Shown here: one piece after another, positions 1 to 10,303 of the stretch
How the letters are laid out: every line of letters begins with the position of its first letter
Position numbering within the stretch: the first letter of the stretch is position 1
Source: Branchiostoma belcheri
Lineage: Eukaryota
NCBI RefSeq assembly: GCF_001625305.1
Contig: NW_017804120.1
Location: forward strand, 262,546 to 291,552
DNA: 29,007 nt
Reading direction: 5' to 3'
Made by a program: the position numbers and the translations under genes
Notes under the pieces: model-generated
The model's database searches: none
Seen by the model: only the letters and a program-made list of their open reading frames with translations
What the model was told of the DNA's origin: nothing

Positions 1-762
1 TCGCAGTCGAAATAAACTCAAAAATAATGGCGCAGTACACAAGTAGAGACATGGTTTTGATGATTAAAAAAATGAGTTGTATGAGAAATTAAACGTTCTT
101 GGAATAAACAGGCTAAAAGAACACAAAAGCATGCCGCATTTGGCGGCTATGAACCGGCTCGCGCTTCTCATTACGTAGTGCCGATGTGCGCCCGACCGCT
201 CGATCAACGTAAATTTCGGCCTCCTTTGTGGTTCAAAACAGACAACTTCGTCCCTTTTGGCGGCTTGATGTCTTGATATAAGAAATTTTCCGCCGATTTT
301 GGTGATTTGTTTGGCATGTTTTTGGTTGAAAATGTGTTGCAACTTGACTAATTTTTTTTTCAAATAGCCGGCATTGGCTTTTCAAATAAGGGGCGTGATA
401 AACAATGGTGTCAATGGGAAACGGTTTGGGTTTTCACAATTCTTTTCAATTAGCAGACTTTTTCTTATAAGCGTTTTGCAATTAACTGGCTGCCACTGTA
501 TATACTCTGTATACTATTAGGTACAAGTTTGGGGTATTTCTTGTGCAACGCCTTACACCACGGCGAAAAGCAACGAATACAGAAATAACTATGCCACCAC
601 AGGGCAAAAAAATGTTGGGGGTTCGTGACCAAGCAAGATATTATAATTGAAAATATTGAGTAAAGAATGCCAGCAGGACAAGCCTAGGGTTAATAAATAC
701 AAATTTACTGTGATTTCAAAAAGAAAACTCAGCTGTGTTGGTAGAAACTACTGTTGGATAAT

Positions 763-890
763 TTAAACTTTGTTCCAACACAAAAAGAAGAATTCGTCGA
801 CCTTTGTCAGATAAATGCATTTGAAGGTCAATGAGTTTGACTAAAAATTATAGTGAGTTCTTCTTTGTCTTCCAGAACAAAGTTTAAACT
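763..890. mobile_element. Small foldback element. ~31-bp inverted arms tttaaactttgttccaacacaaaaagaagaa / ttcttctttgtcttccagaacaaagtttaaa around a ~65-bp spacer.
   Basis: Inverted repeat visible directly. Shares the ttccaacac subterminal motif with other foldback elements in the window. Confidence 0.45.
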
Positions 891-1369
891 TTTCAACAAC
901 TGTTACTGTAAATCCAGTGCAATAATCTAGTGGGTAGAGTGATTGCTTTGCATTTCAGAACTCATAGGTTCAAACTCTCTTTGGGTCATACCAAAGACTT
1001 TAAGAAATGGCACATAGTGCTATAAAAAAGAAGGTGGCTACTGTCTTATACCAGGTACATTGTATATAGCTCCTTATACAACAAAGTTGTGGAACAGGAT
1101 TCTAAATGAGACAATTTTTATAACACTTGAAGGAAATGTGGCTTGATTGTTTTGTTGGGGAATATAGGAGGACCGAATATGTATCCCTGTGGTACCCCTG
1201 TCCTAGACTGCATGACAAGAATGTTTACAGTGAGTTTTTTTTTTAGGATGTGTTAACTTTACAGTAATTATGCTCTTTTTAGGATGTACAATGTGTTAAC
1301 AGTACAAGTGAGTATGTTGTTTTTGAAGGGATATTTACAATAACTGTCTTGTTGTTGTTGTTTTTGTAG

Positions 1370-1504
1370 GATGTGTTTACAGTGAGTGTGGGGAACCTTC
1401 CACCCAGAGCCAGTGTACTGATTAAGATCACCTACGTCTCAGAGCTGGCTGTGGAAGGAGAAAACATCTGCTTCAGACTCCCTGGCAGTGTGGCTCCCTG
1501 GCAG
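1370..1504 (+). CDS. Exon A of VIT+vWA domain gene (VWA5A/ITIH-like). Encodes DVFTVSVGNLPPRASVLIKITYVSELAVEGENICFRLPGSVAPWQ, the C-terminal part of the VIT domain.
   Basis: Acceptor ttttgtag| at 1367-1369, donor |gtaagt at 1505. 135 nt, phase 0. Translation aligns to the VIT domain segment of human VWA5A (DVFSCNVGNLQPGSKAAVTLKYVQELPLEADGALRFVLPAV) as recalled from memory. Confidence 0.8.
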
Positions 1505-2133
1505 GTAAGTTTATCCAAAACACACTAAATTCACCATGACAACATAAAATTTTCTGTTCAGATGCATATTGTATATGTTGTATCATATATGTCAGTTGCA
1601 TTACAGCTGTGTCAGTTAAGCTGCTTTACTGAATTGTGACTGAAGTGAGACTTATCAGTTACGTACTGACAGTCACATACATTTTGTACATGTATTAGTA
1701 CTAAATGTGGTTTACTAATGGTCATCATTCAATAAAGTTAAGACACCCAAGTAATAAGATATCGAGATAACTGTGTGTAGTTACTCAAGCAACTTGATGT
1801 CTCATTATTCTAAAATTAAACTGTTCAGACATTTCATATAGCATCCACTACCTTCAGTGACTGAAAGAGATCTGTAATCAATTAGGGTTTTATCCAAAAA
1901 CTTTGAATTTATTCCTTATGGTAAACAAGTATGTTTTTATCAATTCAAAGTTTTTAAGTAAACAATACTAATAACACTGTTGACAACAAATTGCTTTCTG
2001 CCACTTATGAAAGGTAATGGGTGCTATGAAATGTCGAACATTTTGCAGTTGCCAGTTATCTCAACATTGTATGGTCACAGCTTTTATGAAATTTTCAAGT
2101 TTTACAGTTACTATTTTGTTTTTTCACAAATAG

Positions 2134-2283
2134 AAAGATTCTCTGTCTGAGGAGATTCAAAAAGATGTGGAGACAGTCAAGGTGGGAAAGGATGCTGGGA
2201 AGGAATTCTCCCTCCAGGTTGCCATGGAGATGCCCTTTGACATCAGGACCATCCAATCACCATCTCATAAAATCAGAGTAAAG
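2134..2283 (+). CDS. Exon B of VIT+vWA gene. Encodes KDSLSEEIQKDVETVKVGKDAGKEFSLQVAMEMPFDIRTIQSPSHKIRVK.
   Basis: Acceptor cacaaatag|, donor |gtaaga. 150 nt, phase 0, open frame continuous with exon A. Segment FSLQVAMEMPFD...SPSHKI parallels VWA5A YTLSMVATIDSQHGIEKV. Confidence 0.75.
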
Positions 2284-2430
2284 GTAAGAGTTAGTCTACC
2301 TAAATCAGTTTGATTCAGTCAAGGTCATGCAGTCTGTATTCTTTTTTTTATGTTTATCAGAGGAAAACATATTGTTTTTACTTAGTTTCTTCCTCCTCCT
2401 CTTCTGTTCCAAGCACTAACCTCTGTCCTG

Positions 2431-2590
2431 GCCAATGACATGATTTGTTGACGTCTGTCACCATGGTGACTGGTGTTGGGTTATACATAATGTTGCAATT
2501 TCATGGTCTGCTCTGCTCCTGTCACCATATACTAGTAGTACATGTATGTGAATGTGTTTGAGTAAGAATTAACAGAGCAGATCATGTCCG
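2431..2590 (+). repeat. Dispersed repeat family B, copy 1 (partial). Core gtcaccatggtgactggtg...ttgggtt...tttgagtaagaattaacagagcag.
   Basis: Collinear with 4497-4665, 18140-18390 and 22050-22285. Confidence 0.6.
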
Positions 2591-3140
2591 AAGGTAAACA
2601 TTATGCATTTGCTTTGCAAATGTTACTTCTAGTTTGTAATAATTTACAGAAGAGAAATTATTAATAAGCTACGTGCAATTTTGCAGACAAAAATCAAGTT
2701 AGTAGGGGTTGAATGGTGCCAGTGTGATAAATCTATAATATACTTATACTAGGAACGTTTCATGTATTTTTCAAATTTCATTGTAAAATGTTTGCCAAGT
2801 ACAATTTATGCCATGGGTTTAAGTCTGACGTAGACTTAGTGTGTATTTGCAGAAAGACAAGTTTGGTTGTGTAAAAGAAAAACCCTATATCCTATACTCT
2901 ACCAACCTGATGAAACTATTTTTGGAAGGTAGACTTATAAGTGTGTATTTGCAGAAAGCATTTTCCAAATTGCAAAATTTTGACATTCTGTGATATTACA
3001 GATAAATGAAAAAAATTATGATTTCTACCAGTTACTGCTTGTTATCATTAATATGAAATAAGCAAGTCTGTGTATAGTCAGAACTACTTTGTAAGTATAA
3101 TTAATGTAATTATAATTTTCTCTTTGTCTCCACCAATCAG

Positions 3141-3275
3141 AGGACAGCAAGCAAGGCTGTTGTGGAGCTTGAGAAGAACTGCATGCTGGGAGATGGTTTC
3201 CTGTTGCAGGTTGGTCTGGCAGAGATCCACGTACCCAGGATGTGGGTGGAACGACACCCCGACAAGGACAGCCAG
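3141..3275 (+). CDS. Exon C of VIT+vWA gene. Encodes RTASKAVVELEKNCMLGDGFLLQVGLAEIHVPRMWVERHPDKDSQ.
   Basis: Acceptor caccaatcag|, donor |gtttgt. 135 nt, phase 0. Similar to VWA5A FDRDVELLIYYNEVHTPSVVLE. Confidence 0.75.
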
Positions 3276-3876
3276 GTTTGTAAAATGGGGAAAAATAACC
3301 ATAATTCCATTTTTTTTGCAATACTTTTATGTTCCCGATCTTAACTGTCACTTCTGTACTGCAATAATAATTTTTCTGTACCTGCCGCCACGGTGTAGTT
3401 TTGTGAAATACCTTTTTTCTCAGAACGCAAACTTTCGCTTCCGTGAACTACAGCAAGCATCATTGCAGTCAGAACTAAAACTCTTATGCAAGGAACAGTA
3501 CAAAGAGGACAGAAGAGAGATAAGTAACAGAGAAGATGGAAGGATAATATCAGAAAATGGACCAAAACGACACTTAGTAAAACTTTGAAGGCATTCAATG
3601 CAATTTCAGCAGCAAAACACAAAATACTCTGAATGTGGAAATCTCAGTCTGATATTAACATTTGCTGCCATTTCATAGTGCAGTTTTGGCATCAAATCAA
3701 GCTTCACAAGGCATCTCTTTATTTTTTGGTGCCACCCATAAATAGCAAGAACCAGCCTACGATACAAAACAGGCAACTGTTTTCCACTTGGGACAAGAGA
3801 TAAGGCAGGTTAATATGTAAGGGGCAAGTCTGCTATGTCTATTTTGCTTAGAAACTCTGTTGAAATTCATCCACAG

Positions 3877-4063
3877 GCCTGTATGCTGACCTTCTACCCA
3901 GAATTCCAAGCAGAGGTCATGCAGGGTCATGAGGTCATCCTCCTCTTGGATGCGTCCAATTCCATGCGGGGGTCACCCCTGGAGGCAGCCAAGAAAGTTG
4001 CACTGCTCTGTCTCAGTCATCTTCCTAAGGAGTGTAGCTTCAATGTAGTTGCATTTGGCACAG
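3877..4063 (+). CDS. Exon D of VIT+vWA gene. Start of the vWA domain with MIDAS motif DASNS: ACMLTFYPEFQAEVMQGHEVILLLDASNSMRGSPLEAAKKVALLCLSHLPKECSFNVVAFGTG.
   Basis: Acceptor ccacag|, donor |gtttgt. 187 nt, leaves phase 1. D-x-S-x-S MIDAS and hydrophobic beta-strand pattern of a vWA domain. Parallels VWA5A EFIFLMDRSGSMQSPM...YFNIYGFGSS. Confidence 0.85.
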
Positions 4064-4155
4064 GTTTGTTATGTTTACCTTCGTTTGTTATGTTTACCTT
4101 TGCAGAAGGAAAACATATGTGCTGTTTTTGCTCAGTCTTTTTTCTTCCTCTTATT

Positions 4156-4470
4156 GGCATCTGTGTGGTGTAGTGGATAGAGCATTCGACTGTCAAGCAA
4201 GGAGACCCAGGTTCAATCCCCAGGGTTGGACCCAGACAAGTCCAGACATGCACCCAGACGTTGTGCCCTTGGGAAAGGCACTTAATACGTATTTCCCTCC
4301 TCATTTAGAGGGATTCTGGGCCCTACTAGGATTTGGGTTGGCGTTAGGAAGGGCATCCAGCGATAAAAATCTTGCTTCAACAAAAAGACTTGCACTTGAT
4401 GCAAGCACGTCTAACCCCAGTTCAGGGGGAAAAAGATGTTTAACCACATACATTGTAGAGAGAGAGAGAT
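4156..4470 (+). mobile_element. tRNA-derived SINE, copy 1. tRNA-like head, conserved core GTTGTGCCCTTGGGAAAGGCACTT, tail ending in a (GA)n / A-rich stretch.
   Basis: Head GGCATCTGTGTGGTGTAGTGGATAGAGCATTCGACTGTCAAGCAAGGAGACCCAGGTTCAATCCCC carries D-loop and T-loop (GGTTCAATCC) signatures. The body is shared with copies at 7296-7565, 15722-15968 and 23198-23440. Confidence 0.75.
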
Positions 4471-4496
4471 TCTTCTTCAGAATCTACAAACAATAA

Positions 4497-4665
4497 TGTC
4501 AATGACCTGGACCAAAAGGCTGTCACCATGGTAACTGGTGATGTAGCAGTCAACCTGTGGTGTTGGATCACATTATGTAACAGGTTGCTGGACAGAATTT
4601 GTGGGGCTGGTCACCAAATATATTAATTTGAGTAAGAATAAGCAGAGCAGTACTTAGGCTACACC
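4497..4665 (+). repeat. Dispersed repeat family B, copy 2. Directly follows SINE copy 1.
   Basis: caatgacctggaccaaaaggctgtcaccatggtaactggtgatgtagcagtcaacctgtggtgttggatcac...tttgagtaagaataagcagagcagta. Confidence 0.6.
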
Positions 4666-4822
4666 ATGTAAATGTTTTTGAAGCTTTTCAATCTTCTAAT
4701 TTTCCATCTGCTATTCACAACTTAACATAAATCTCTATTCTGTACCTATACAATGCAATGTATTTTTGGTTTGCATGAATTGTGATATCAACATATTTTC
4801 AACACTGTATTCTTTTTTGTAG

Positions 4823-4896
4823 GATATGAGGAACTGTTTGCTGTTAGCCAACCCAGAATCAAGTCTAATGTTTCTAAGGCTGAAAACTTCATCCAG
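4823..4896 (+). CDS. Exon E of VIT+vWA gene. Encodes (G)YEELFAVSQPRIKSNVSKAENFIQ.
   Basis: Acceptor ttttttgtag|, donor |gtaggt. 74 nt, restores phase 0 from the phase-1 end of exon D. Confidence 0.7.
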
Positions 4897-5007
4897 GTAG
4901 GTGTTTGCTGTTTGTTTTCTTGTTTTTGAGTATATGCTTTTACTGATTAGGGAAGAAAAATGTATATTTTTTGTCCATGTGAAGTCTAAGGAATTGTTCT
5001 AGAGTAG

Positions 5008-5905
5008 TTTCATCTGTCCTTGGTGCTGATTGGTTGCTGCAATTTCATTTCAACTGATTCTATTTTACCTTTCCTTGGTGCTTATTGGCTATCACATGAA
5101 GCAGTCTCATTTTGATTAATTCTGTTTCACCTTTCCTTGGTGCTGATTGGCTATCACATGAAGTTGTCTCGTTTCAGTGATTCTATTTCATCTTTCCTTG
5201 GTGCTGATTGGCTATCACATGAAGTAGTCTCATTTCAGTGATTCTATTTCATCTTTCCTTGGTGCTGATTGGCTATCACATGAAGTAGTGTCATGTCAGT
5301 GATTCTATTTCATCTTTCCTTGGTGCTGATTGGCTATCACATGTTGTAATGTCATGTCAGTGATTCTATTTCATCTTTCCGTGCTGCTGATTGGCTATCA
5401 CATAAAGAAGTCTCATTTCAGTGATTGTATTTCATCTTTCCTTGGTGTTGATTGGCTATCACATGAAGTAGTCTCATTTCAATGATTCTATTTCACCTTT
5501 CCTTGGTGCTGATTGGCTATCACATGAAGCAGTCTCATTTCAATGATTCTATTTCACCTTTCCTTGGTGCTGATTGGCTATCACATGAAGCAGTCTCATT
5601 TCAGTGATTCTATTTCACCTTTCCTTGGTGCTGATTGGCTATCACATGAAGCAGTCTCATTTCAATGATTCTATTTCACCTTTCCTTGGTGCTGATTGGC
5701 TATCACATGAAGCAGTCTCATTTCAGTGATTCTATTACATCTTTCCTTGGTGCTGATTGGCTATCACATGAAGCAGTCTCATTTCAGTGATTCTATTACA
5801 TCTTTCCTTGGTGCTGATTGGCTATCACATGAAGTAGTCTCATTTTGATAAATTCTGTTTCATCTTTCTTGGGTGCTGGTTTGCAATCACATGTTATTAG
5901 GAAGT
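5008..5905. repeat. Intronic minisatellite. 61-bp unit x ~14.7 copies. Each unit contains CTGATTGGCT (reverse CCAAT box, NF-Y consensus).
   Basis: Unit ttggtgctgattggctatcacatgaagcagtctcatttcagtgattctatttcacctttcc repeats with a strict 61-bp period (e.g. 5136, 5197, 5258). Copies are 90-100% identical. Confidence 0.9.
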
Positions 5906-6012
5906 CTAATTTAAACTCCGTCTTTTCTTTCCTTGTATTTCCTTGCTTGTGTAATATTCAGAAGTTATCAATTCTGCAAAAAAAGTTGTAGGATGACAAA
6001 ACATTTTCTATC

Positions 6013-6174
6013 CATTATGAAATAAAGACTAAGCTTTAACTTCCAACACTTAGATTACAAAATTGGGACTTACCCAAATTTTCGGTTGACTCCATCAACC
6101 TTGTTCACTTTGGGTAAGTCCCAATTCTGTAATCTAAGTGTTGGAAGTTAAAGCTTAGTCTTTATTTCATAATG
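6013..6174. mobile_element. Foldback/hairpin MITE. Two 63-bp near-perfect inverted arms around a 36-bp loop.
   Basis: Left cattatgaaataaagactaagctttaacttccaacacttagattacaaaattgggacttaccc. The right arm is its reverse complement with 1 mismatch. Confidence 0.7.
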
Positions 6175-6246
6175 ACTTGTACCAACACAGATGAACTTTC
6201 ATGCTAAATTTTCTAACCATTTAAAAATTTGGGATTTTTTCACCAG

Positions 6247-6437
6247 GATCTCAAAGCATCAAAAGGAAATACAGATGCATGGAGGCCTCTTCACGGCTTT
6301 TTCCTGCTTCCCCCCTCCCCTGGAAAAACACGGAATGTGTTCCTGATCTCTGACGGACATGTGAACAACGCTGACCAGACTCTGAGTGACATCCACGCAC
6401 ACTACCTGGAAACTAGGGTCTTCAGCTGTGGAGTCGG
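6247..6437 (+). CDS. Exon F of VIT+vWA gene. Encodes DLKASKGNTDAWRPLHGFFLLPPSPGKTRNVFLISDGHVNNADQTLSDIHAHYLETRVFSCGVG.
   Basis: Acceptor tttcaccag|, donor |gtgagg. 191 nt, leaves phase 2. Parallels VWA5A GGTEILAPLQNIY...LFVFTDGEVTDTFSVIKEV...RCFSFGIG. Confidence 0.85.
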
Positions 6438-7028
6438 GTGAGGATCACTCAGAATATTGGTACCGGGAGCCAGGTCGGATAGCACAGGGAGGTGTTTGAG
6501 GAACTCTGGGGGAATCACGGTGCCCAAGGCACGGACAAACAGACTGTACAACTCGTTCCTCCACTGCACAATTAGACTGTACAATAGCGAAATGCAGACC
6601 AAGTGTTCTAGTGTTTCATGTCAAACTTTTGTATGTAATTGCCTTGTGCGTCTCTTGTACTTAGGTAAAGTCCACACAATTCAGGAGTACTACGTACCCC
6701 TGCTATGTTGACTGTTCTTAATAAAATTGAAATTGAAAATTGAAAATTGAAAATTGAAATTAATAAAATCACGCCAAATATCTCGTCCTATATCATATTT
6801 TGTATACTGGAATTCATTCTAGATGTGTCAGTTTTGAACCCCAAATTGACTTTTGAAATCTTACAGTGTCCTTCTTTGAAGTTTATTCTGGAATAGATTC
6901 ATGAAAAATTCTCCAGGAGTAGAATTTTCCAAACAACAAAAAATGCAGAACCATATGATGAATCAGATATAATTGCATATATCATTAGTCAACATTCACT
7001 AATGATTTTTACTAAATTGTTTTTTTAG

Positions 7029-7128
7029 ATCTACTTCCAACAAACATTTGCTGAGAGCCATAGCCAGGGTTGGAGGGGGAGCCTTCGAGTATTTTGATGA
7101 CAAAACCAAGTCTAAGTGGGAAAGGAAG
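7029..7128 (+). CDS. Exon G of VIT+vWA gene. Encodes (G)STSNKHLLRAIARVGGGAFEYFDDKTKSKWERK, the end of the vWA domain.
   Basis: Acceptor ttttttag|, donor |gtaagt. 100 nt, restores phase 0. Parallels VWA5A EGTSTSLIKGIARASGGTSEFITGKDRMQSKALR. Confidence 0.8.
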
Positions 7129-7295
7129 GTAAGTCTATCATTTTTTCATTAAACGTAATACATTTTGTAATAAATGGTTTATTGGCCAAACATCACCTGT
7201 GCAATCACAGCCTTTATAGTGCTGAATTGATGCAGGGTTTACAATCAAATGATACAGATGGTAATAATACACATAATAATACACATGATACATGG

Positions 7296-7565
7296 TTGTT
7301 CAACCTACATTTTTGTGGAACTGTCGCAAGGGTCTGTGCGGCTGCCATTCGGCGCCACAAGGTGACCTCAATATGGCTTTCCCCAACCAAAGTTAGGTAC
7401 CCATTCACACCTGGGTGGAGTGAGGAAAGTGGTGTAAAGTGCCTTTCCCAAGGGCACAACTTCGGGGCGCATGTTCAGACATGTCCCGGGTACGACTCGG
7501 GATCGAACCCGGGTCTCCCGGTTCACAGTCGAATGATCTACAACTACGCCACCCGATGCCACACG
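7296..7565 (-). mobile_element. tRNA-derived SINE, copy 2 (same family, ~80% similar to copy 1).
   Basis: Reverse complement reads GGCATCGGGTGGCGTAGTTGTAGATCATTCGACTGTGAACCGGGAGACCCGGGTTCGATCCC...GACATGTCTGAACATGCGCCCCGAAGTTGTGCCCTTGGGAAAGGCACTTTACACC, which aligns with copy 1. Confidence 0.75.
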
Positions 7566-8245
7566 TTTGTGAAGATTAGTCATCCAGCTAGGGTAGTAAC
7601 AATAAGGCCATGTTGATTTGATTATATGGATGACATCCTCCGGGAGCCCCCAAACTGATGCGCGCGTGCAAATAAAAAAAAAGTTTTGCAAAAAAAAAAG
7701 TTCTTTTCATTATGAAATCTACGTGGTCATGAGGGTTGAGCAAATGGCACAGAGTATGGTTTGGCGAATAATCTAGTCTTCAAGTTCATTTCTTTACAAT
7801 TTCGTCTTTTTTCCTTAAAGTTTGATTTTGGCATTCTACGACATTGGTATAGTTTTTATTAATTTTTTTACTGTAACTTATGGTATATTTTTGCTCATTT
7901 TGCAACTGTTTTGTACGATTTACAGTATGGTTGAAAACTTTTTTTTTTTTTGGAAACGGCCGAAAATTCATTGTGCTTTAAATGTGTTCTTTTCATTGAA
8001 AGAACAAACAAGAATAAAAGATGATGTTTAACAAACTTGCAGATTTGAAACTGTTGTTATCCATTATGTACTTGGCACAGAGACTTCCTTACACATAGAT
8101 AGATTTGTATGGCAGTTTTGATTTGAAGTTGTCATAAGAATATTAAGATTTTGAATAATAATTTTGGTGCTGTGTCATCTACATGTACTGTGCCTGTAAG
8201 TGCGCATGCACGTGTACAATGAAGGCTGGTAAAAATCTATATTTT

Positions 8246-8610
8246 TCAGGGTTCTCACCAGGATTTTTTCACAGCGTAGGGGTCAGGTATAGAAGGGCAA
8301 CTTTCTGCGGCGCGAGTCACGCACCGAGTCCCCAAACCATGGGCCTGATATTCTCCCCCCAAAATTTTGTAACACATATTAACCACTTAATACTCTACTT
8401 ATTGTTTATTGGGGGACAGATTTTGTTTTCCCTCTGTTATAGCTTCATTCTTAAGTTATATTTTCATTTTTTAAAACTTAAGATTAATGAAGCTTCTGCC
8501 CCCAAAAACCACCCCTACACTGGTTGAAACACAGTGTAGGGGGCTAAATCACAGCGTAGGGGGTCAAAATCACAGCGTAGGGGGCCCCTACGCTCAAACA
8601 GCCTGGTGAG
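8246..8610. mobile_element. MITE-like element with TIR cagggttctcaccagg / cctggtgagaac and internal reiterated CACAGCGTAGGGGG motifs. A partial related copy lies at ~28230-28340.
   Basis: TIRs at 8246-8262 and 8592-8607. cacagcgtagggg appears x4 inside. 28258-28320 (agcataggggccccctatgttatgattttgacccctatgct) is a diverged reverse-complement relative. Confidence 0.45.
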
Positions 8611-8799
8611 AACTATGTTTTTCATCAATTACATGTAAGATTTAAAAAGATTGTCAACTTGCTTTGATGACCCCAATGAAGTATTGGGGGGAGGTAATGT
8701 ACAAATGTATGCAAGTTGTCTCAATACTAGTATTTCTGTTTTAGTCTAACACTATTATAACAAATTATGCATTAGATGTCCACCCACCACAAGTAAGCT

Positions 8800-8950
8800 A
8801 TGTATACTGTGTCTCAAAAACATATGTCTCAGTATGGGCAAGATGGAGCCTCAGGAAGAATTCCTTTGACATTTTTCATCGATACATGTATGAGATGTAT
8901 TCCACTCAAAGACTGAGAGCTTGGATCAAAGAGATGTTATTTGAATGTGG
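8800..8950 (+). repeat. Dispersed repeat family C, copy 1.
   Basis: gtgtctc...tatgggcaagatggagcctcaggaagaattcctttgacatttttcatcgatacatgtatgagatgtattccactcaaagactgagagcttggatcaaagagatgtt is ~80% identical to 16725-16862. Confidence 0.55.
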
Positions 8951-9045
8951 TATGTTTAATTATTGGATGTTTTGCTGAAGTCTTGAACATGAAAACATAA
9001 CCCGCTGGGAGGGGGGGGGGATTACATTATACAATGTCCATGCTT

Positions 9046-9430
9046 AGGCCACACCAATTTAATTTGTTGGTTCGAATTCTCGGATTCACCTCAGTCTTCG
9101 TTTTTTTCTGATTTGCAAAAAAAAAAAAATTTGATTCTGGTCCTGAATCAACTGAAAAATGCTCATATTTTGCCCCCCAACAGTTGAGGAAAGTCCTTTT
9201 CTTCCTAGTTGTTACAGTTTTACCATCTATCATTGCAGTGGTTTGATTAAAAGTTCAAAATTCAATGTTTAAATTTTAACCCAGCCTTTTGTGTTGACTT
9301 CATGGCTCATTTTGTAGCATTTAAGCCTATAGGATGCCTAGACCTGTTTTTATTTTATTTTTTTTCGCCCTGTCGCTTCATATTTTTTCTGAAAAAATCC
9401 GAGAACCAACAAATTAAATTAGTGTGGCCT
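9046..9430 (+). mobile_element. MITE family A, copy 1 (~385 bp). Terminal inverted repeats GGCCACACCAATTTAATTTGTTGGTTC.
   Basis: Left end aggccacaccaatttaatttgttggttcgaattctcgg. Right end ccgagaaccaacaaattaaattagtgtggcct. AT-rich internal sequence, no coding capacity. Confidence 0.8.
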
Positions 9431-10268
9431 TAGTCCAAAATTAATGCCCTTTGAAAAACATGTACATGTCAGGACGGTCATGATTTGATCATCAAATTGT
9501 TTTAATATTTATCTTATTCTTAATGTCATCTATATTATTATGTAAAATTTAATGGTTCACAATGATAGAAAGTATGGGCTGTATGACAGGGGCATTACCA
9601 CTTGCTACGCCACCAGAGCCTAGGAAAAACATTGTCACGGTGTTACCTGTTTCCTGACTGGTACCATTTTGTTACCCTTAAAAAAAAACGATGACCCTAA
9701 CCTTTTTTTTAAATTTACTACTGGTAAGATTTTCCAATCTGACCTCTGAATTTCAAATCCTCTGAATTTCTGAAACAATACATTATGTATTAAAAAAAGC
9801 ACTGTTTTCTTCAGTAAATCTAGAGAAATTTGTCCACAAGCAAACAGGTGGACAGGTCCTCGAGACAGTGAGTCCAGATGCAATGCTAAACTCTTTGATT
9901 TATATATCATTATAATGTTCTTCATTTTAGCTGAAAGCTAAAAAAAATATCCCTACCTACAGCCCCTAGCTTTGTTCAGGACATAAACCAGACACACAAC
10001 ATTACATTTACTGCATCTTGGCGTCTTAGTATTTAATATTAGAATGTGTCTTGGACTTTGAAGAGGGACAATTTGGTACCGGGTTGAAAAAGAAAAGCGG
10101 ACAGGAAGACTTTTCTACGTCTTTATGTTTTGAAATAAAGGACCCGCCAATTCCATTAACATGCACGCATGCGCCTCAGACTTTGCAAATCATGAACTGT
10201 ATACATGACTGTATTCAAGCAACCCTGACTATGTAGACATTATATTTGGGCACGTAAGGCTCAGTACG

Positions 10269-10280
10269 TTTATATTACAA
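10269..10280 (+). promoter_or_regulatory. Possible TATA-like element (gtttatattaca) ~30 bp upstream of the LRR gene ATG. Speculative core promoter.
   Basis: Sequence motif only. The 5' UTR would be very short if used. No transcript data. Confidence 0.2.
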
Positions 10281-10303
10281 CGAGTGAGAATTCTGCAATC
10301 ACG

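Noticed and set aside
64-363. 99-aa ORF on the minus strand near the window start (MKKKLVKLQHIF...)
   Set aside because: No recognisable domain, no splice context and a low-complexity Lys-rich start. It lies in unannotated sequence upstream of exon A. Not reported as a gene.
3070-3588. 172-aa plus-strand ORF spanning exon C
   Set aside because: The open frame runs through intronic sequence in a different frame from the spliced gene. Only 3141-3275 is coding, supported by splice sites and homology.
4160-4235. tRNA-like sequences (also at 7480-7565 and 15890-15968) as possible tRNA genes
   Set aside because: Acceptor and anticodon stems do not pair canonically. Each is continuous with a shared SINE body and tail, so they are SINE heads, not functional tRNA genes.
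5008-5905. Regular direct repeats as a possible CRISPR array
   Set aside because: Eukaryotic intronic context. Units are contiguous with no unique spacers, and no cas genes are present. It is a minisatellite.
7116-7616. 166-aa plus-strand ORF
   Set aside because: Lies entirely inside SINE copy 2 and its A/T-rich flank. No homology, no splice sites.
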